A stretch of 64,000 nucleotides of DNA, taken from Nemertoderma westbladi. Its lineage: Eukaryota; Animalia; Xenacoelomorpha. Position numbers and translations under genes: made by a program. The notes below the pieces were generated by a model. The model did no database searches and had not been told where the DNA came from. It saw only the letters and a list, made by a program, of their open reading frames with translations. The stretch lies in contig JAUCBJ010007442.1 of assembly GCA_032718475.1 (NCBI GenBank), positions 874 through 64,873 of the forward strand, in the 5' to 3' direction. Below, piece by piece: positions 38,556 through 50,047 of the stretch (positions are counted from its first letter, which is position 1; every line of letters starts with the position of its first letter).

Positions 38556-39750
38556 TGTAAAAGCCTTTGCTGAATTGCCCCGTTATTTTTCTTATTTTTA
38601 CATTAAAATACTCTGTAGTTGATTTAATAGGCGTAAGAGACCGTATTATTGCTGTATCGGTGTTTTTTAGAGGATCTAAGAGCTATTTCCTCCGTATGTG
38701 TACTGTGGAAGGCATAGTTGATGATTCTATGGCAATTCCGTGACGCAAAAGGGGCTAGATACTCTTGAACAGTAGTTACTATGACGACGGTTAACAGCTG
38801 ATATTCATACGTGTCGATTTTCTTTGTTCTACGGCGTCTCTTAGTTTAGTCAACCAATCAGAGCGTTTTTACGGCTCTTGTACAGAAATTTCCGAGAAAT
38901 CACGCAATGCATTATGGGCAGTGTTATCATTCTGTCCTGAGCCAGGAAAGAACGGCTTTTAGAATATTTGTGTTTTTCTGCTTTTAGCCTAACACTAGTA
39001 GGCTTAATTATAAGGACATATATCCGTTATCTCACTTATTCTACACTATCCATAACTTAACATATCATACATATCTTACTTAACATTACTGCTTTTGCTG
39101 TCGGTTATTCATTATCTTTGTTGATGAAATATTATATTTGGAATAACGAGAAATAACCCCGAAAACCCAATATTCTTGATATACCGAAGGTAAGAGAGAC
39201 AGGTTACATATAACGATTGTGACTTATGTTAAAGTGGTTTGAAGTGAATCTAATGTCATTTGATAGACCCTACATGATTCGGTCTGTGTTCCTTTTATAT
39301 GTGACTAAAATCAGTGAAGATCGGCAGATCAGTGTGCAGTATTGTGCAGCATTGTGTATGAGTGAGACTGATAACGAAGCATTTCCTAAAGAATGCGCCA
39401 TATATGTGAATTATAACTAGGCCATATCGTTGCATGTAGTTTAAGTCATAGCTCTGTTTATATAGATAAAGCGCCACGTCCAAAAGGAACTGTTAATATT
39501 CCCCGAAGGTGAATAATATTGTCAGAGATTATAATACTGTCAGTCGAATAATACATTAGGCTTACATAGCAATAAGATTAAGCCGTCGAAGTCAATCTCC
39601 CGGGTATATCCAGCGGGTGAATGATCGCGCACGGATTGGTTTCAACTAGTGTAGTGAATCAAATACTTGTCAGAGGCTAAAAGTGATTTATTATCTAGAA
39701 GACATCCTAATTTGGCGGGTTAAACTGCCAAAGGTCTGAAAGCACGAACA
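38556..39750 (+). repeat. 5' LTR (1195 bp)
   Basis: TGTAAAAGCC...GCACGAACA; CCAAT box at ~38854. Confidence 0.96.
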
Positions 39751-39761
39751 ATAACGGATAT
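39751..39761 (+). promoter_or_regulatory. Putative self-priming primer-binding site ATAACGGATAT
   Basis: Abuts the LTR, lacks TGG, and is the exact reverse complement of LTR 39020-39030 (ATATCCGTTAT). Confidence 0.55.
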
Positions 39762-40029
39762 CGCTTCTGTATTGCAGTAGGCAATAAAGCTGAAGTACCG
39801 GCAACCGGTACCCAGTAGGCCTGACTACCTAACCACCCGGACCGGTACCTACAGCAGTACAGGTACAGCAGTATTATTCGATTTTGATTATTATATACCA
39901 GTAGGTCTTAATAATTAATCGGGGACGCCTGGTTTTTATTGGGATTTTACTTAGGCCTATTTCTGTCAGTTTTATTTATTTGTAGGCCAGTATTGAACAG
40001 AAGGCGTGTAAGCCTGATCAGATTGTACA

Positions 40030-40600
40030 GACAATTTGTAGGCTGGGCTGTTGTCTGATTGTTGTTAAGTCTGAACAGATTGCAGTGTGTGTAGATCATC
40101 TGTCCGATAAAGAACGGTTAGGAAGTAGGGGCAGCCATAGCTGTAAGGTAAACCCCCATCTAAAGAATACGTCGTACTACTGGGTTAGAACGCATACTAC
40201 CTAACCATTTCGGAGTCTGCATGTCCTGTAGTTTATTTAGGCTTGAGAATAGTCTGCCATCGTTTAGTCTGTACTTTGTTTGTGTAGTCTGTACAGGTAG
40301 CGTATAATATTTATTTAGATAATTTGTAGGCTGGATAGTTGTCTGGCTGTTATTGGGTCTGAAGGGATTATAGTGTGTGTAGAGTGTCTGTTCGATAAAG
40401 TGCGGTTAGGAAGTAGGGGCAGCCAAAGCTGTAAGGTAAATCCCCTCCTAAAGAATAAGTCATACTACTAGGTTAGAACGCATACTAACTAACTATTTCG
40501 GAATCTGCACATACTGTAATTTATTTAGGCTTGATAGTAGTCTGTCAGTATTTAGTCTGCATTTTGTTTGAGTAGTTTGTACGCGTAGCGTAATATTTAT
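40030..40600. repeat. Two diverged ~288-bp tandem copies in the LTR element leader
   Basis: AATTTGTAGGCTGG at 40033 and 40321; shared CGGTTAGGAAGTAGGGGCAGCCA and GGTTAGAACGCATACTA. Confidence 0.85.
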
Positions 40601-41940
40601 TATTCAGAGTTTATGCGATTATTCGCAACATTCATTCCCCAAGTTTATTCCTACAGTAATTGTGTTTGTTATATATACCGCTATAGTTAAATTAACCATG
40701 GTACTACACGGGCTGCTTGGCGTAGGTAAAGACTGGTGATTTTGTGCACCGGTCACTCCAGCAGATGCCGTGGTTCTTTTAGCTGTTCAAGTATATTTAA
40801 CTACTGATTATCTGTTGTACAAGTACTCGTACCTAATTTAGGGTTTAGTGTACAGTGCTTTCCGAAGGTAATTGGTGTGTAGGCAGTATATTTGTGTTGT
40901 AAAGTGGTTAATAGGCACGTTGGTTCTGGTAGACTGCGGTAATTAACTTCTAGGTAGGGACACTCCGTGATACATAACGTAGTACCTATAGCGATACGGC
41001 TATAGGTCGTCAGACGGTGGTATTTTCCTATCTGGACAACGCAGTGTATTTACTACTACTTATTATTTTCAAATACCGTAGTACCCTGTCCGTTGTAATA
41101 ACCAGATTTCTAACCCTTTGTTAGGCTGGTTTGTAGACTTCTTGTAAAATTACCCTAAAAATTCGTATTTGTGTTTTTTGTAAATTTTTGTGTTCATTTA
41201 GAGATTGAAATCTCACCCGAATTGTACGTAATTTGTAGTATTAAGTAACTTAGGTAAATTAGAATTATTTGTTTTAGTGTCTAACAAGTAGCACTTCACT
41301 GAGAGCGCACAGCTTCTGTGTAGTGACTCCTTCCCAGAAATAATAACATTTATTTCAAATACTGACAAAACCCATTAAACGGGTATATATATATTATAAA
41401 TCAAATCTAACGATTTATAAATAGTAGGCCTACCATACAACCATTAGGTCTCAATATCAGTTGGACTACTGCTCAAATAACGGTAATAAAGTAAGTAAAG
41501 TAACCAAGTAACCCTAAAATTCAGAAATTCAATTATTTAAAATAATTGATATACCGGTATTTACGATAGGCCTATTATCTTTATTTCTATAAATTTAGGC
41601 TGAAATTATACCGGTACTTTGTAATTAATTCTAGTCCAGAGTTATACTTATAAATACTACAAACTGTAAGCTGTATACCGGTATTCCCGATAGGCCTATT
41701 ATATATTTATATATATTTGTGCTAAAATTATTCCGGTATTCTGTGATAAACCTAGTCTGTAATAATACTTATATAGTTATATATACTATAAGCATACCGG
41801 TATTCTAATATATTATATATATATCACGCTACACTGAGTAGCAGTATCGGTAATTAATTACTAGGCTAGCAGTTAATACTGAATTACTAGACTTGCTTAG
41901 ACTGTAATATAGCAGTAGGCATTCAACTGTACACACAAAC

Positions 41941-44900
41941 ATGTCTGATACTAAGCAGAACCTGTCAGACAGTTTATTAGATGTAACTATCTGCGACTCA
42001 GATAGAGGTGTAGAACCGTCTAGTCCTAAGTTCAGTTCACCTCCCACTGTGAGGAAGGTCATCCCTCCAGTAGTAATATCAGATCCTAGGCTGGTCCAAC
42101 ACCATAGGTCTATCATAGGCACTCGAGCTCAGGTCAAGCGGGACCAAGAAGCAGCGGAACAGCAACAACCCGCGAGCCAAGAACTTATTTCTCAGTGGCC
42201 CGACAGCTCCAGTAGTGAGGATACTGTAGAGCTGACACCCGAGCGCGGAGCAAAGATGACGGATGCGGTTTATTCGGACCCCCTTCTCATCCTTCCTGCA
42301 GCCGTACTCACTAGGTTATTGATTGCGGTGGAAGAACACCAGATCGATTGGGCAAGAAGTAAGCGATCGACTAAAGATAGTTATGCGGGATACACAAGGG
42401 AAGAACTGAAGTCTATTGTCGAGTCGCAATGGAACTTCCCCGGACCCGGACTCCCGTTTGATTTATCAGAAGCTGCCTGGGAAGACATACACCGGATGGG
42501 AGTAGCCAAGGAAACCATCGATCCAGCTGTGTGGAAGAGGTCCGCAGCCGGATACGCACAGGGATTCTTCAGCTCTATGGAGCGAGTAAAAGAACAACTG
42601 TTTCAACAACCTCAAGGACCTCAAGAGCAGGGACAACTGCTTTATCAAGTTAGAGAAAGAATTCTGCGAATTAGGCTAATCTTATCGGCCTTTGAGGAGG
42701 CTTCTAAACGAAGACAAGACACGTCGTTGCAAGTTGCCGTAAAGACTTGGTTTCAACGGGTGAGTCTCCAGGTTCAAGGAACGGCTCAGTGGAAAGCTCA
42801 GCTGGAGGAGCGCTCAACCCATGGAGAATCAACAGACGCTACTTTTTCCCAAGTGGAAAGTGAAGCGACGGCAGAGAAGCCGCATAAGAGGGATGCCATT
42901 GACATCTATCTGTCAGACTATCAACGTTTTTTAGGTGATGACGAGTTGAGGAGAAGGTTAGATGGACTTAGCCCTAATAGTGAAGGAACTCAGCGTGTGT
43001 TGGATGCCATCGATGTGGAAATGAGGGCTGCGAACCAGGCTAAATTTGATGAACAACTCCGCATCACACGAGTCCAAGAAGAACAAGTAAAGAAAAAACG
43101 TATAGAAGACAGAAAGAAAGCAGCAGTAGCAGCTGCCGAAGCGGAAAGGAAAGCAGCCGAAGAGGAAAGTAAAGCCGACGAAATGGAAAGGAAAGCGGCA
43201 GCGGCAGCGGCAGCGGCAGAGGCAGATGCGAAAAGAAAAGCAGCCGAAATGAAAAGAAAGGCGGCCATGGCAGTGGCAGAAGCAGAACGGAGAGCGGTGG
43301 AAGAAATCACCCAATTAGAATTGGAAAACATTCAGGAGAATCAAGACTGCATAAATAAACAGTTAGCAGCTAGTAATATGCAGATGATGAATCGATCTAC
43401 TCCCAAAAGACAGGGATATACATCATCTGAGGAAGGCGATACCACCGATAATGAAGGCAAAGGAAATAGATCTCGTCTAAGCAGACGTAAAAGAACATCC
43501 CACCGTCAGAAATTGCCTGATTTGCCTCCAGCTGTTAGAAGGCAACTAAATAACACCAACTTAGGTAGTACAGAACCCACAGACCAAATAATTAAAATAG
43601 AAAGACTCCCTACTATAGTAGATGAGCCTGAAATAATTAGGCCTGTTCTTGAAATCACCCCTTCGGTGATAGACACACCTGTGCTCCCTGAAGCTACCTC
43701 TAAATTCCCTCTGCACAGCACTAAGCTACCTGTGCCCAGTAGAACAGCCCATGAGACAGTTCAGGTCCTGGACCCCGAGCGAAATATTCATGATTTGTCG
43801 CCCGTTGTCCCTCGTCCGCCCGCTACAACGTTGGCGACTCCCGCTTCGGCGGTCGAATGGGTGGACAAGAGACGGCGGGGGATGGATCTCCTGCTCGGGC
43901 AGATGCAGGAGACTGTTCAGCAATTCAAGGGCACAATAAGGGAAAGTAGGCTAGAGTTGCAAGAAGTGCAGCAAAGTATCGCGCTAGAACGCGATAAATT
44001 AGTAAATACACAAAGGGGTATACCACCACCCTCGGTAACAATGTGTCAACCTGTTAGGTCTGAAGTATCTCATGCGCAAGGTGTGGAGCCTACACGCATA
44101 TATACTGCTAGCGAAGTAGAAACTCCTATAGTGAACCCTATTAAGGGTAATTATAGACCTGTTGATAATGACATTCCCTATAGACCTGATCATAATCCGA
44201 GAAATTTATATACCGATAACTCGATATTAAATAACACGATGGCCCAAGAAAGTTTTACGCGTCAAATGGCTAGAACCGAAGCCCGGCAAGCGGTAAAGGT
44301 GGGAGAGATCGTCAAGTTCAATGGAGATGAGATGAAATGGTTACCTTTTAATGAATATTACAAAGATAACATACAGAACTCTGTACTATCTAATGGAGAG
44401 AAACTTAGATTCCTCATCGAGTGCTTGGAAGGATCTCCCAAGTTAATGGCGTTAAAGTTTATTGGACATCCAGACGGATTAAGACAAGTTTGGGATACAC
44501 TAAACATCAGGTATGGTAATAGGAATAACATAGCTGGGTATTTGTATGCAAAGTTGGTAGCGCCCCGAAAGTTTATTAGCAGCGGGATTATAGAGTTTTC
44601 CGATGAAATTCAGGAGATCTGCAGACAATTAGATTGGCTAGGTAAGTCTCATGAGTATCAGAGTGCTATGGTTATTAGAGCAGTGGCTTCTACTTTACCG
44701 AAGGGTGGAGTAGGTACACGCTGGGACAAGAAAGTGTTATACATGATGGAACAACAACAACGAGACCCTACCATGACTGATCTCATGACATTCTTGGATG
44801 GCGAAGTGAAATTACAGCTCATAAAGCAGTCCAGAGAGAAGACATCGGAAAACAAGGTAAGTGAGAAACCCGTCTCCAGAAGAAAGGTAACACCAGTGTG

Positions 44901-45567
44901 TTATACCGACGACGGCGAAAGCCAAGCTTCCCAAGGGGAGGATAGCGGGAAAGACACTGAAAGATCTTATTATGTCAATAAAAAACATAACGAACAGGGA
45001 AGTATATTTAAGTCTCGATCCAATGACAAGAGAGAACAAGTAAGAAAAACTCCTCCTACGTCTCCCAAGAGAATTCAGGTGAGAAAGCCCGAAGAAAGAA
45101 CGAGAGTGCACAATGTCACCCAAAATAAGGTAAGTAACATCAAACCGAAATGTGCGCTATGTGACGGGACCCACCGTTTGAATATGTGTGATGAATTCCT
45201 GAAGAATTCATTAACGGAGAGACGAGAAGTCATGTGGGATAAGCGGTTATGTTATAATTGCCTCAGACAAGGACACCAACGGCGAACCTGTTACTCCGAC
45301 ATAAGGTGTGCAAAGTGTGGTGCGAAACATCATATCTTGTTGCACGCTGAATTCGAGCGAAATAGTACGAATCAGGTAAGTGATTCCGAACTACATGTCC
45401 AATTCAGTGATGTGAACGACACTGATCAATCTGAGATGGAAGGATTCTATACGGACGAGTTCTCCGACGAAAACGAATCCTGTTACATGATAAATACCGC
45501 AGTGTATCGAGCACTCACATATGAAAAAGATACGGACAGCGACCTCACCCTAACTACTTCTGATTGA
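41941..45567 (+). CDS. BEL/Pao Gag (1208 aa) with long coiled-coil N-terminal extension
   Basis: KFNGDEMKWLPF...EKLRFLIECLEG capsid-like region; knuckles CALCDGTHRLNMC, CYNCLRQGHQRRTC, CAKCGAKHHILLH. Confidence 0.92.
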   Translation: MSDTKQNLSDSLLDVTICDSDRGVEPSSPKFSSPPTVRKVIPPVVISDPRLVQHHRSIIGTRAQVKRDQEAAEQQQPASQELISQWPDSSSSEDTVELTPERGAKMTDAVYSDPLLILPAAVLTRLLIAVEEHQIDWARSKRSTKDSYAGYTREELKSIVESQWNFPGPGLPFDLSEAAWEDIHRMGVAKETIDPAVWKRSAAGYAQGFFSSMERVKEQLFQQPQGPQEQGQLLYQVRERILRIRLILSAFEEASKRRQDTSLQVAVKTWFQRVSLQVQGTAQWKAQLEERSTHGESTDATFSQVESEATAEKPHKRDAIDIYLSDYQRFLGDDELRRRLDGLSPNSEGTQRVLDAIDVEMRAANQAKFDEQLRITRVQEEQVKKKRIEDRKKAAVAAAEAERKAAEEESKADEMERKAAAAAAAAEADAKRKAAEMKRKAAMAVAEAERRAVEEITQLELENIQENQDCINKQLAASNMQMMNRSTPKRQGYTSSEEGDTTDNEGKGNRSRLSRRKRTSHRQKLPDLPPAVRRQLNNTNLGSTEPTDQIIKIERLPTIVDEPEIIRPVLEITPSVIDTPVLPEATSKFPLHSTKLPVPSRTAHETVQVLDPERNIHDLSPVVPRPPATTLATPASAVEWVDKRRRGMDLLLGQMQETVQQFKGTIRESRLELQEVQQSIALERDKLVNTQRGIPPPSVTMCQPVRSEVSHAQGVEPTRIYTASEVETPIVNPIKGNYRPVDNDIPYRPDHNPRNLYTDNSILNNTMAQESFTRQMARTEARQAVKVGEIVKFNGDEMKWLPFNEYYKDNIQNSVLSNGEKLRFLIECLEGSPKLMALKFIGHPDGLRQVWDTLNIRYGNRNNIAGYLYAKLVAPRKFISSGIIEFSDEIQEICRQLDWLGKSHEYQSAMVIRAVASTLPKGGVGTRWDKKVLYMMEQQQRDPTMTDLMTFLDGEVKLQLIKQSREKTSENKVSEKPVSRRKVTPVCYTDDGESQASQGEDSGKDTERSYYVNKKHNEQGSIFKSRSNDKREQVRKTPPTSPKRIQVRKPEERTRVHNVTQNKVSNIKPKCALCDGTHRLNMCDEFLKNSLTERREVMWDKRLCYNCLRQGHQRRTCYSDIRCAKCGAKHHILLHAEFERNSTNQVSDSELHVQFSDVNDTDQSEMEGFYTDEFSDENESCYMINTAVYRALTYEKDTDSDLTLTTSD

Positions 45568-46086
45568 CGACCATCTTGGAAAGCGCCATCTTCCAATGTA
45601 GGGATCCGAGAGTTTCCTGTGGTGCAGGTAAGGGTTCACGGACCTAAAAGGAGTTATGTAGTGAACGCCCTCCTTGACTCCGGTAGTACAGGAACATTCA
45701 TCGACAAAGAGCTAGCCGAAGACATATTTGCTGGACAACCCAAGTTCCGAACTAAGCTAAACATGTCGGGCATTATGCAAGTTTGGAAATCTACAGTAAC
45801 AGCGGATTATTATGTAGGCGCGTTGTCCACCCCCCAGGATGAACTAGGAGAACATAGCATAAGGTCAGTGAAAATGGTGGCAATTAAGAACTTCGCTACC
45901 ACTCAAGTGGAACCTTATAACTGGGACGAGGACGATTTCGCCCAGCAGATGGAAATACCTAGATTCGACACCGATTACCCTGGAGTGCAAATACTCATCG
46001 GTCAAAACGCGCATGAGGCGCTGGAGACATTAGAGAAACGACCTGCTCAACCGCAACCACTTGCAGACCTATGCGGTAAGAACTAG
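45568..46086 (+). CDS. Aspartic protease, in frame with gag after a single TGA
   Basis: VNALLDSGSTGTFI and ILIGQN motifs; open from 45568. Confidence 0.85.
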   Translation, partial: RPSWKAPSSNVGIREFPVVQVRVHGPKRSYVVNALLDSGSTGTFIDKELAEDIFAGQPKFRTKLNMSGIMQVWKSTVTADYYVGALSTPQDELGEHSIRSVKMVAIKNFATTQVEPYNWDEDDFAQQMEIPRFDTDYPGVQILIGQNAHEALETLEKRPAQPQPLADLCGKN

Positions 46087-49000
46087 AGTAGGTTGGTACC
46101 TTACTGGACCTTCCCGAAGAACACTCAGAGAAAGACTACCGCAAGAGCGCGTCTGCCAGGTGAGTGAATGGGAAGATGATACTAGTGAGGGAGACGATTT
46201 AACTGAGGGAACTCCATACTCCTCAGATAACGACGACGTTCACCAGCTTTTTGATGAGGAGAATACCATCGATCTCCTTAAGGAAAACGAGGCTTGGCAA
46301 AACCAAGTGAACTTATGTCAACTTCTCTATCCATCTGAACGAGAAGCTTATAACGACGAGTTAAATGACGTCATTGAGCGTTATAATGCCAAGACTCGAG
46401 ATGAACATGCCGTACGATTCTTTACGCAAGAGGCGGTAGAGCCCAATTCCTACGATAAAGCCTTATCGGTGGAAGAGGAAAGGGCCAAGCAGATCCAAGA
46501 GACAACTACACGTTTCCTCAAAGATCAAGGTAGGTATGAAGTCGGTCTACCTTTCCGCAAGAGAGAACCGAAGTTCATCAATAACAGACCCTTGGCGGAA
46601 AAAAGAATCGCGCAACTCCATCGACGCCTTACGGCTAATTCTTCAGCTAAAGAAATGTATCAAACACAGCTGGAGAAATTTATTAGTAAGGGATACGCGG
46701 AGAGAGTACCGGAAGAAACACCTGTGACTGAAAGAACGTATTACTTAACTCACCATTACGTTCCTAAACCCGGTAAACCACATGAAGTGAGAGTAGTGTT
46801 TGATGGCTCCGCTCTTTACATGGGTCAATCCCTTAACTCTGAATTGTTACCCGGACCCAACTTACTTCAATCTTTGTTGGGAATTCTTTTAAGATTGAGA
46901 CAATATTCGATTGCTTTCGCCTCCGATATAGAAGGCATGTTCTTACAAGTCAAGGTGCTAGATAGGGATCGAGATAGTCTACGATTTCTGTGGTGGCCCG
47001 AAGGAGACCTCAACCAGAAACCGGTGGAGTACTGGATGACCATCCAGGCCTTTGGGATAATCTCAAGCCCTTCCAACGCCTGTTCGGTAGTGCGTACCAC
47101 TGCAGAGGACAACCGAGAGGCCTTCTCTAAGGAAGTGATCGACAACATCAAGCGGGACATATACATGGACGATAATCTGAAGTCCCTTCCATCAGTTGAA
47201 GAAGCCATTGAGGTCGCTAAAGGAACGGTAGAGTGCTTAAAAAGAGGTGGGTTTCGATTAACGAAATTCACCAGCAACTCCCGTGAGTTTCTGGAGTCGA
47301 TCCCTGCGGAAGATCGAGGGGCGAAAGATCTAGATTTGATCAAAGATGATCTGCCAGAAACCAAGACACTCGGCTTGAAATGGGACACAGAGCGAGATAT
47401 CCTGTTTTTCCAGCTAAAACAGCGAGATAATCCAGTTCGAACCAAACGGATTTGTTTAAGTATACTGAGCACTTATTTCGATCCATTGGGATTTATTAGC
47501 CCAGTTATATTGATTGCTCGGAGTTTGGTACAACAAATGTGGCTTGAAAACCACTCATGGGACGATCCACTTAAGGGAGAATTATTAAAGAAGTGGATGA
47601 AATGGGAAGATTCTCTGCCGGCTATCGAGGATTTTATAATTTCCCGTTCATATTTTGGTCATGTTCTCCCTACGTATTCCTATCAACTCCATGTGTTTGG
47701 AGACGCCAGCGATATGGGAATAGGTATAGTAGCCTACCTAAGAGTGGAAACTCCGGATGGAATCAAAGTCGCCTTGGTTACTTCTAAGGCATTAATCAAC
47801 AACAAGTTGAAAGTTCCTCGAGCGGAGTTAAAGGCGGCTCTATACGCTACAGCCATCGGCCGGAATGTAACAGAACAGATTGACTATCCATTAGAGAAAA
47901 CTGTCTATTGGACCGACGCTTTACTCGTGTTAGAGTATATAACCAATGAAGTCTGTCAGTTCAGCGTCTTCGTTACCAACAGAGTAGCCATCATACTTAG
48001 TCGCACGACGATGGATCAATGGAGACATTGCCCCGGAACGATTAATCCAGCAGACATCGCTTCCAGGGGAGCGACTCCAAAGGAATTGGTAAATACTCCC
48101 GAATGGTTAGGTGGACCCGACTTTCTCTACAGAGAAGAAGAAGAATGGCCTCCCCATCTCACAACAGCAGAGATCAGACAGGCCAAGGGAGCGGAGAAAG
48201 TTAAACCCAAAACTCGAGCGAGTAAATCGAAGTTGTTTAAACCTGCGGTTGATCTATCTGTATTATTTACTTCCGGAGATGATGCTTTGGATCAGAAACC
48301 CACCGCCACGGATAAAGAAGTCTTGGAAATCCGTGACAAGGATTGGAAATCTGGAATACCAGATATTTCGCAAGGACTCTCACCTCTCCTGCAGAGAGTG
48401 ATACGTCACTACAGTTCCTGGAATCGGCTCTGTAAAGCCGTCACCTATTTGAAACGATGTTTTCATCATCGTTACTCCGGGACAAAGACCAATAGTGATG
48501 ATGCTCCATCAACATCTGCACGAGTCCATGTTGTTAAAGATCTTCCCAAATACAAGATATCCGACAGGTTTCTAAAGGAGAAGATCAGTTACCAGGAGCA
48601 TGATGAAACCAACAAACAGATGCTGAGACTCCTACAATGCTATGAGGATTCCGATAAGTATTTCCTGTTGTTAAGAAATCCGCAGATGCGCTTAAGGGAT
48701 CGCTTCTCTAGTACCATGATAGATGGGTTAATACGTGTTGGAGGCAGGCTTACCAACGCCCCATTATCCTTTGACACTAAGTTTCCCATACTCATTAGAA
48801 ATCTTGACATACAAATCAAGATGATTGTAGATGTTCATAGCAAACTGTACCATGCTGGTAGAGAACGAGTTCTGAGCGAAATTCGAACTCGCTACTATTT
48901 TTATAAACCCCGTAGGGCTCTGAACCAAGTTCTTAGGAACTGCATACCCTGTAGGAAAGCATTCAGTAGGCCTTTAACACAGCGAGAGGCAGAATTACCT

Positions 49001-50047
49001 AGGGAAAGAGTAAGCTTCTATGAACCACCCTTTACTAATACCGGTGTGGATTTATTTGGCCCTATTGAAGTATATCGTGCCCGGACTATAGTCAAGAGAT
49101 GGTGTGTCATCTTCGTTTGTATGACTTGTAGAGCTATCCATCTCGATATGGTAAACGATCTATCCACCAACAGCTTCGTGTTAAGTTTACGACGACAGAT
49201 CGCTCGCTTCGGAACCAGTAACACGATGAGATCGGATAAGGGAACGAACTTCATTGGCGCCAACAACGAAATTCAAGCTTACGTAAAGGACTGGAACAAA
49301 AGACAGGTGGACGATCAGCTAAAGATAACAGCGTCTAGCTGGACCTTCAACGCCGCCGACGCCCCTTGGTGGGGAGGAAGTTGGGAGAGATTGATTAGGA
49401 GCGTGAAGACTGCGTTCCACTTTATTGTACCTTGTCGCGCTTATCTCACCGACGAACTATTGCGGACGTTAATGGAGGAAATCGCCGCCTATCTCAACGA
49501 AAGACCGCTTATGCCAGTCTCTTCAAGTCCTGATTCCCTGGAAGCGCTAACACCCGCGCACTTTCTACTGAAGAAACCCGTAGCCATGCTCCCACGATCG
49601 GAGATCACAGACGGAGACGAGTACTGCCGTCGAACCTGGCAACTTATGCAGTTGCTATCCCGTCGTTTCGCTGACCATTTCGAGAAACATTACCTGCCCA
49701 CTCTACAACTTCGAACTAAGTGGTTTGCGCAGCAAGAAAACGTCAGCGCTGGAGACATGGTGCTTATTGTGGACCCCGATCTCCCACGTAAGCGATGGCA
49801 AACAGGTCGTATCATCGAGACTCATATCTCGAGCGATGGTTTGGTGCGATCAGTAGAACTCGTCGTCATGCGGCGTAACTTTAAGAAACCAGGGATAGTC
49901 TTTGAGACTCAACAGCTCAACCGCCCAGTGGGTCGTTTATGTTTACTGGAAAGAGACAGAGAGCTCTCCGGAAACTATGGAAGGCAAGAAACTCTTCCCA
50001 CGACCACTTCCCTAATCCAACCGACATCTAGGGGCTCCCCAACTTAA
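46061..50047 (+). CDS. BEL/Pao Pol: RT, RNase H, integrase (+1 frame relative to the protease)
   Basis: VRVVFDGS, SDIEGMFLQV, YMDD, HVFGDAS, PRAEL, WTDA, NPADIASRG, H..H..CxxC, GVDLFGP, SDKGTNF, GGSWERLI. Confidence 0.95.
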   Translation: MQTYAVRTRVGWYLTGPSRRTLRERLPQERVCQVSEWEDDTSEGDDLTEGTPYSSDNDDVHQLFDEENTIDLLKENEAWQNQVNLCQLLYPSEREAYNDELNDVIERYNAKTRDEHAVRFFTQEAVEPNSYDKALSVEEERAKQIQETTTRFLKDQGRYEVGLPFRKREPKFINNRPLAEKRIAQLHRRLTANSSAKEMYQTQLEKFISKGYAERVPEETPVTERTYYLTHHYVPKPGKPHEVRVVFDGSALYMGQSLNSELLPGPNLLQSLLGILLRLRQYSIAFASDIEGMFLQVKVLDRDRDSLRFLWWPEGDLNQKPVEYWMTIQAFGIISSPSNACSVVRTTAEDNREAFSKEVIDNIKRDIYMDDNLKSLPSVEEAIEVAKGTVECLKRGGFRLTKFTSNSREFLESIPAEDRGAKDLDLIKDDLPETKTLGLKWDTERDILFFQLKQRDNPVRTKRICLSILSTYFDPLGFISPVILIARSLVQQMWLENHSWDDPLKGELLKKWMKWEDSLPAIEDFIISRSYFGHVLPTYSYQLHVFGDASDMGIGIVAYLRVETPDGIKVALVTSKALINNKLKVPRAELKAALYATAIGRNVTEQIDYPLEKTVYWTDALLVLEYITNEVCQFSVFVTNRVAIILSRTTMDQWRHCPGTINPADIASRGATPKELVNTPEWLGGPDFLYREEEEWPPHLTTAEIRQAKGAEKVKPKTRASKSKLFKPAVDLSVLFTSGDDALDQKPTATDKEVLEIRDKDWKSGIPDISQGLSPLLQRVIRHYSSWNRLCKAVTYLKRCFHHRYSGTKTNSDDAPSTSARVHVVKDLPKYKISDRFLKEKISYQEHDETNKQMLRLLQCYEDSDKYFLLLRNPQMRLRDRFSSTMIDGLIRVGGRLTNAPLSFDTKFPILIRNLDIQIKMIVDVHSKLYHAGRERVLSEIRTRYYFYKPRRALNQVLRNCIPCRKAFSRPLTQREAELPRERVSFYEPPFTNTGVDLFGPIEVYRARTIVKRWCVIFVCMTCRAIHLDMVNDLSTNSFVLSLRRQIARFGTSNTMRSDKGTNFIGANNEIQAYVKDWNKRQVDDQLKITASSWTFNAADAPWWGGSWERLIRSVKTAFHFIVPCRAYLTDELLRTLMEEIAAYLNERPLMPVSSSPDSLEALTPAHFLLKKPVAMLPRSEITDGDEYCRRTWQLMQLLSRRFADHFEKHYLPTLQLRTKWFAQQENVSAGDMVLIVDPDLPRKRWQTGRIIETHISSDGLVRSVELVVMRRNFKKPGIVFETQQLNRPVGRLCLLERDRELSGNYGRQETLPTTTSLIQPTSRGSPT

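Noticed and set aside
39226-39483. Small ORFs duplicated at 53765-54022
   Set aside because: They lie inside the LTRs; the duplication is explained by LTR identity and they show no protein motifs.
42958-43331. Antisense Ala/Phe/Cys-rich ORFs
   Set aside because: Shadows of the low-complexity coiled-coil region of gag.
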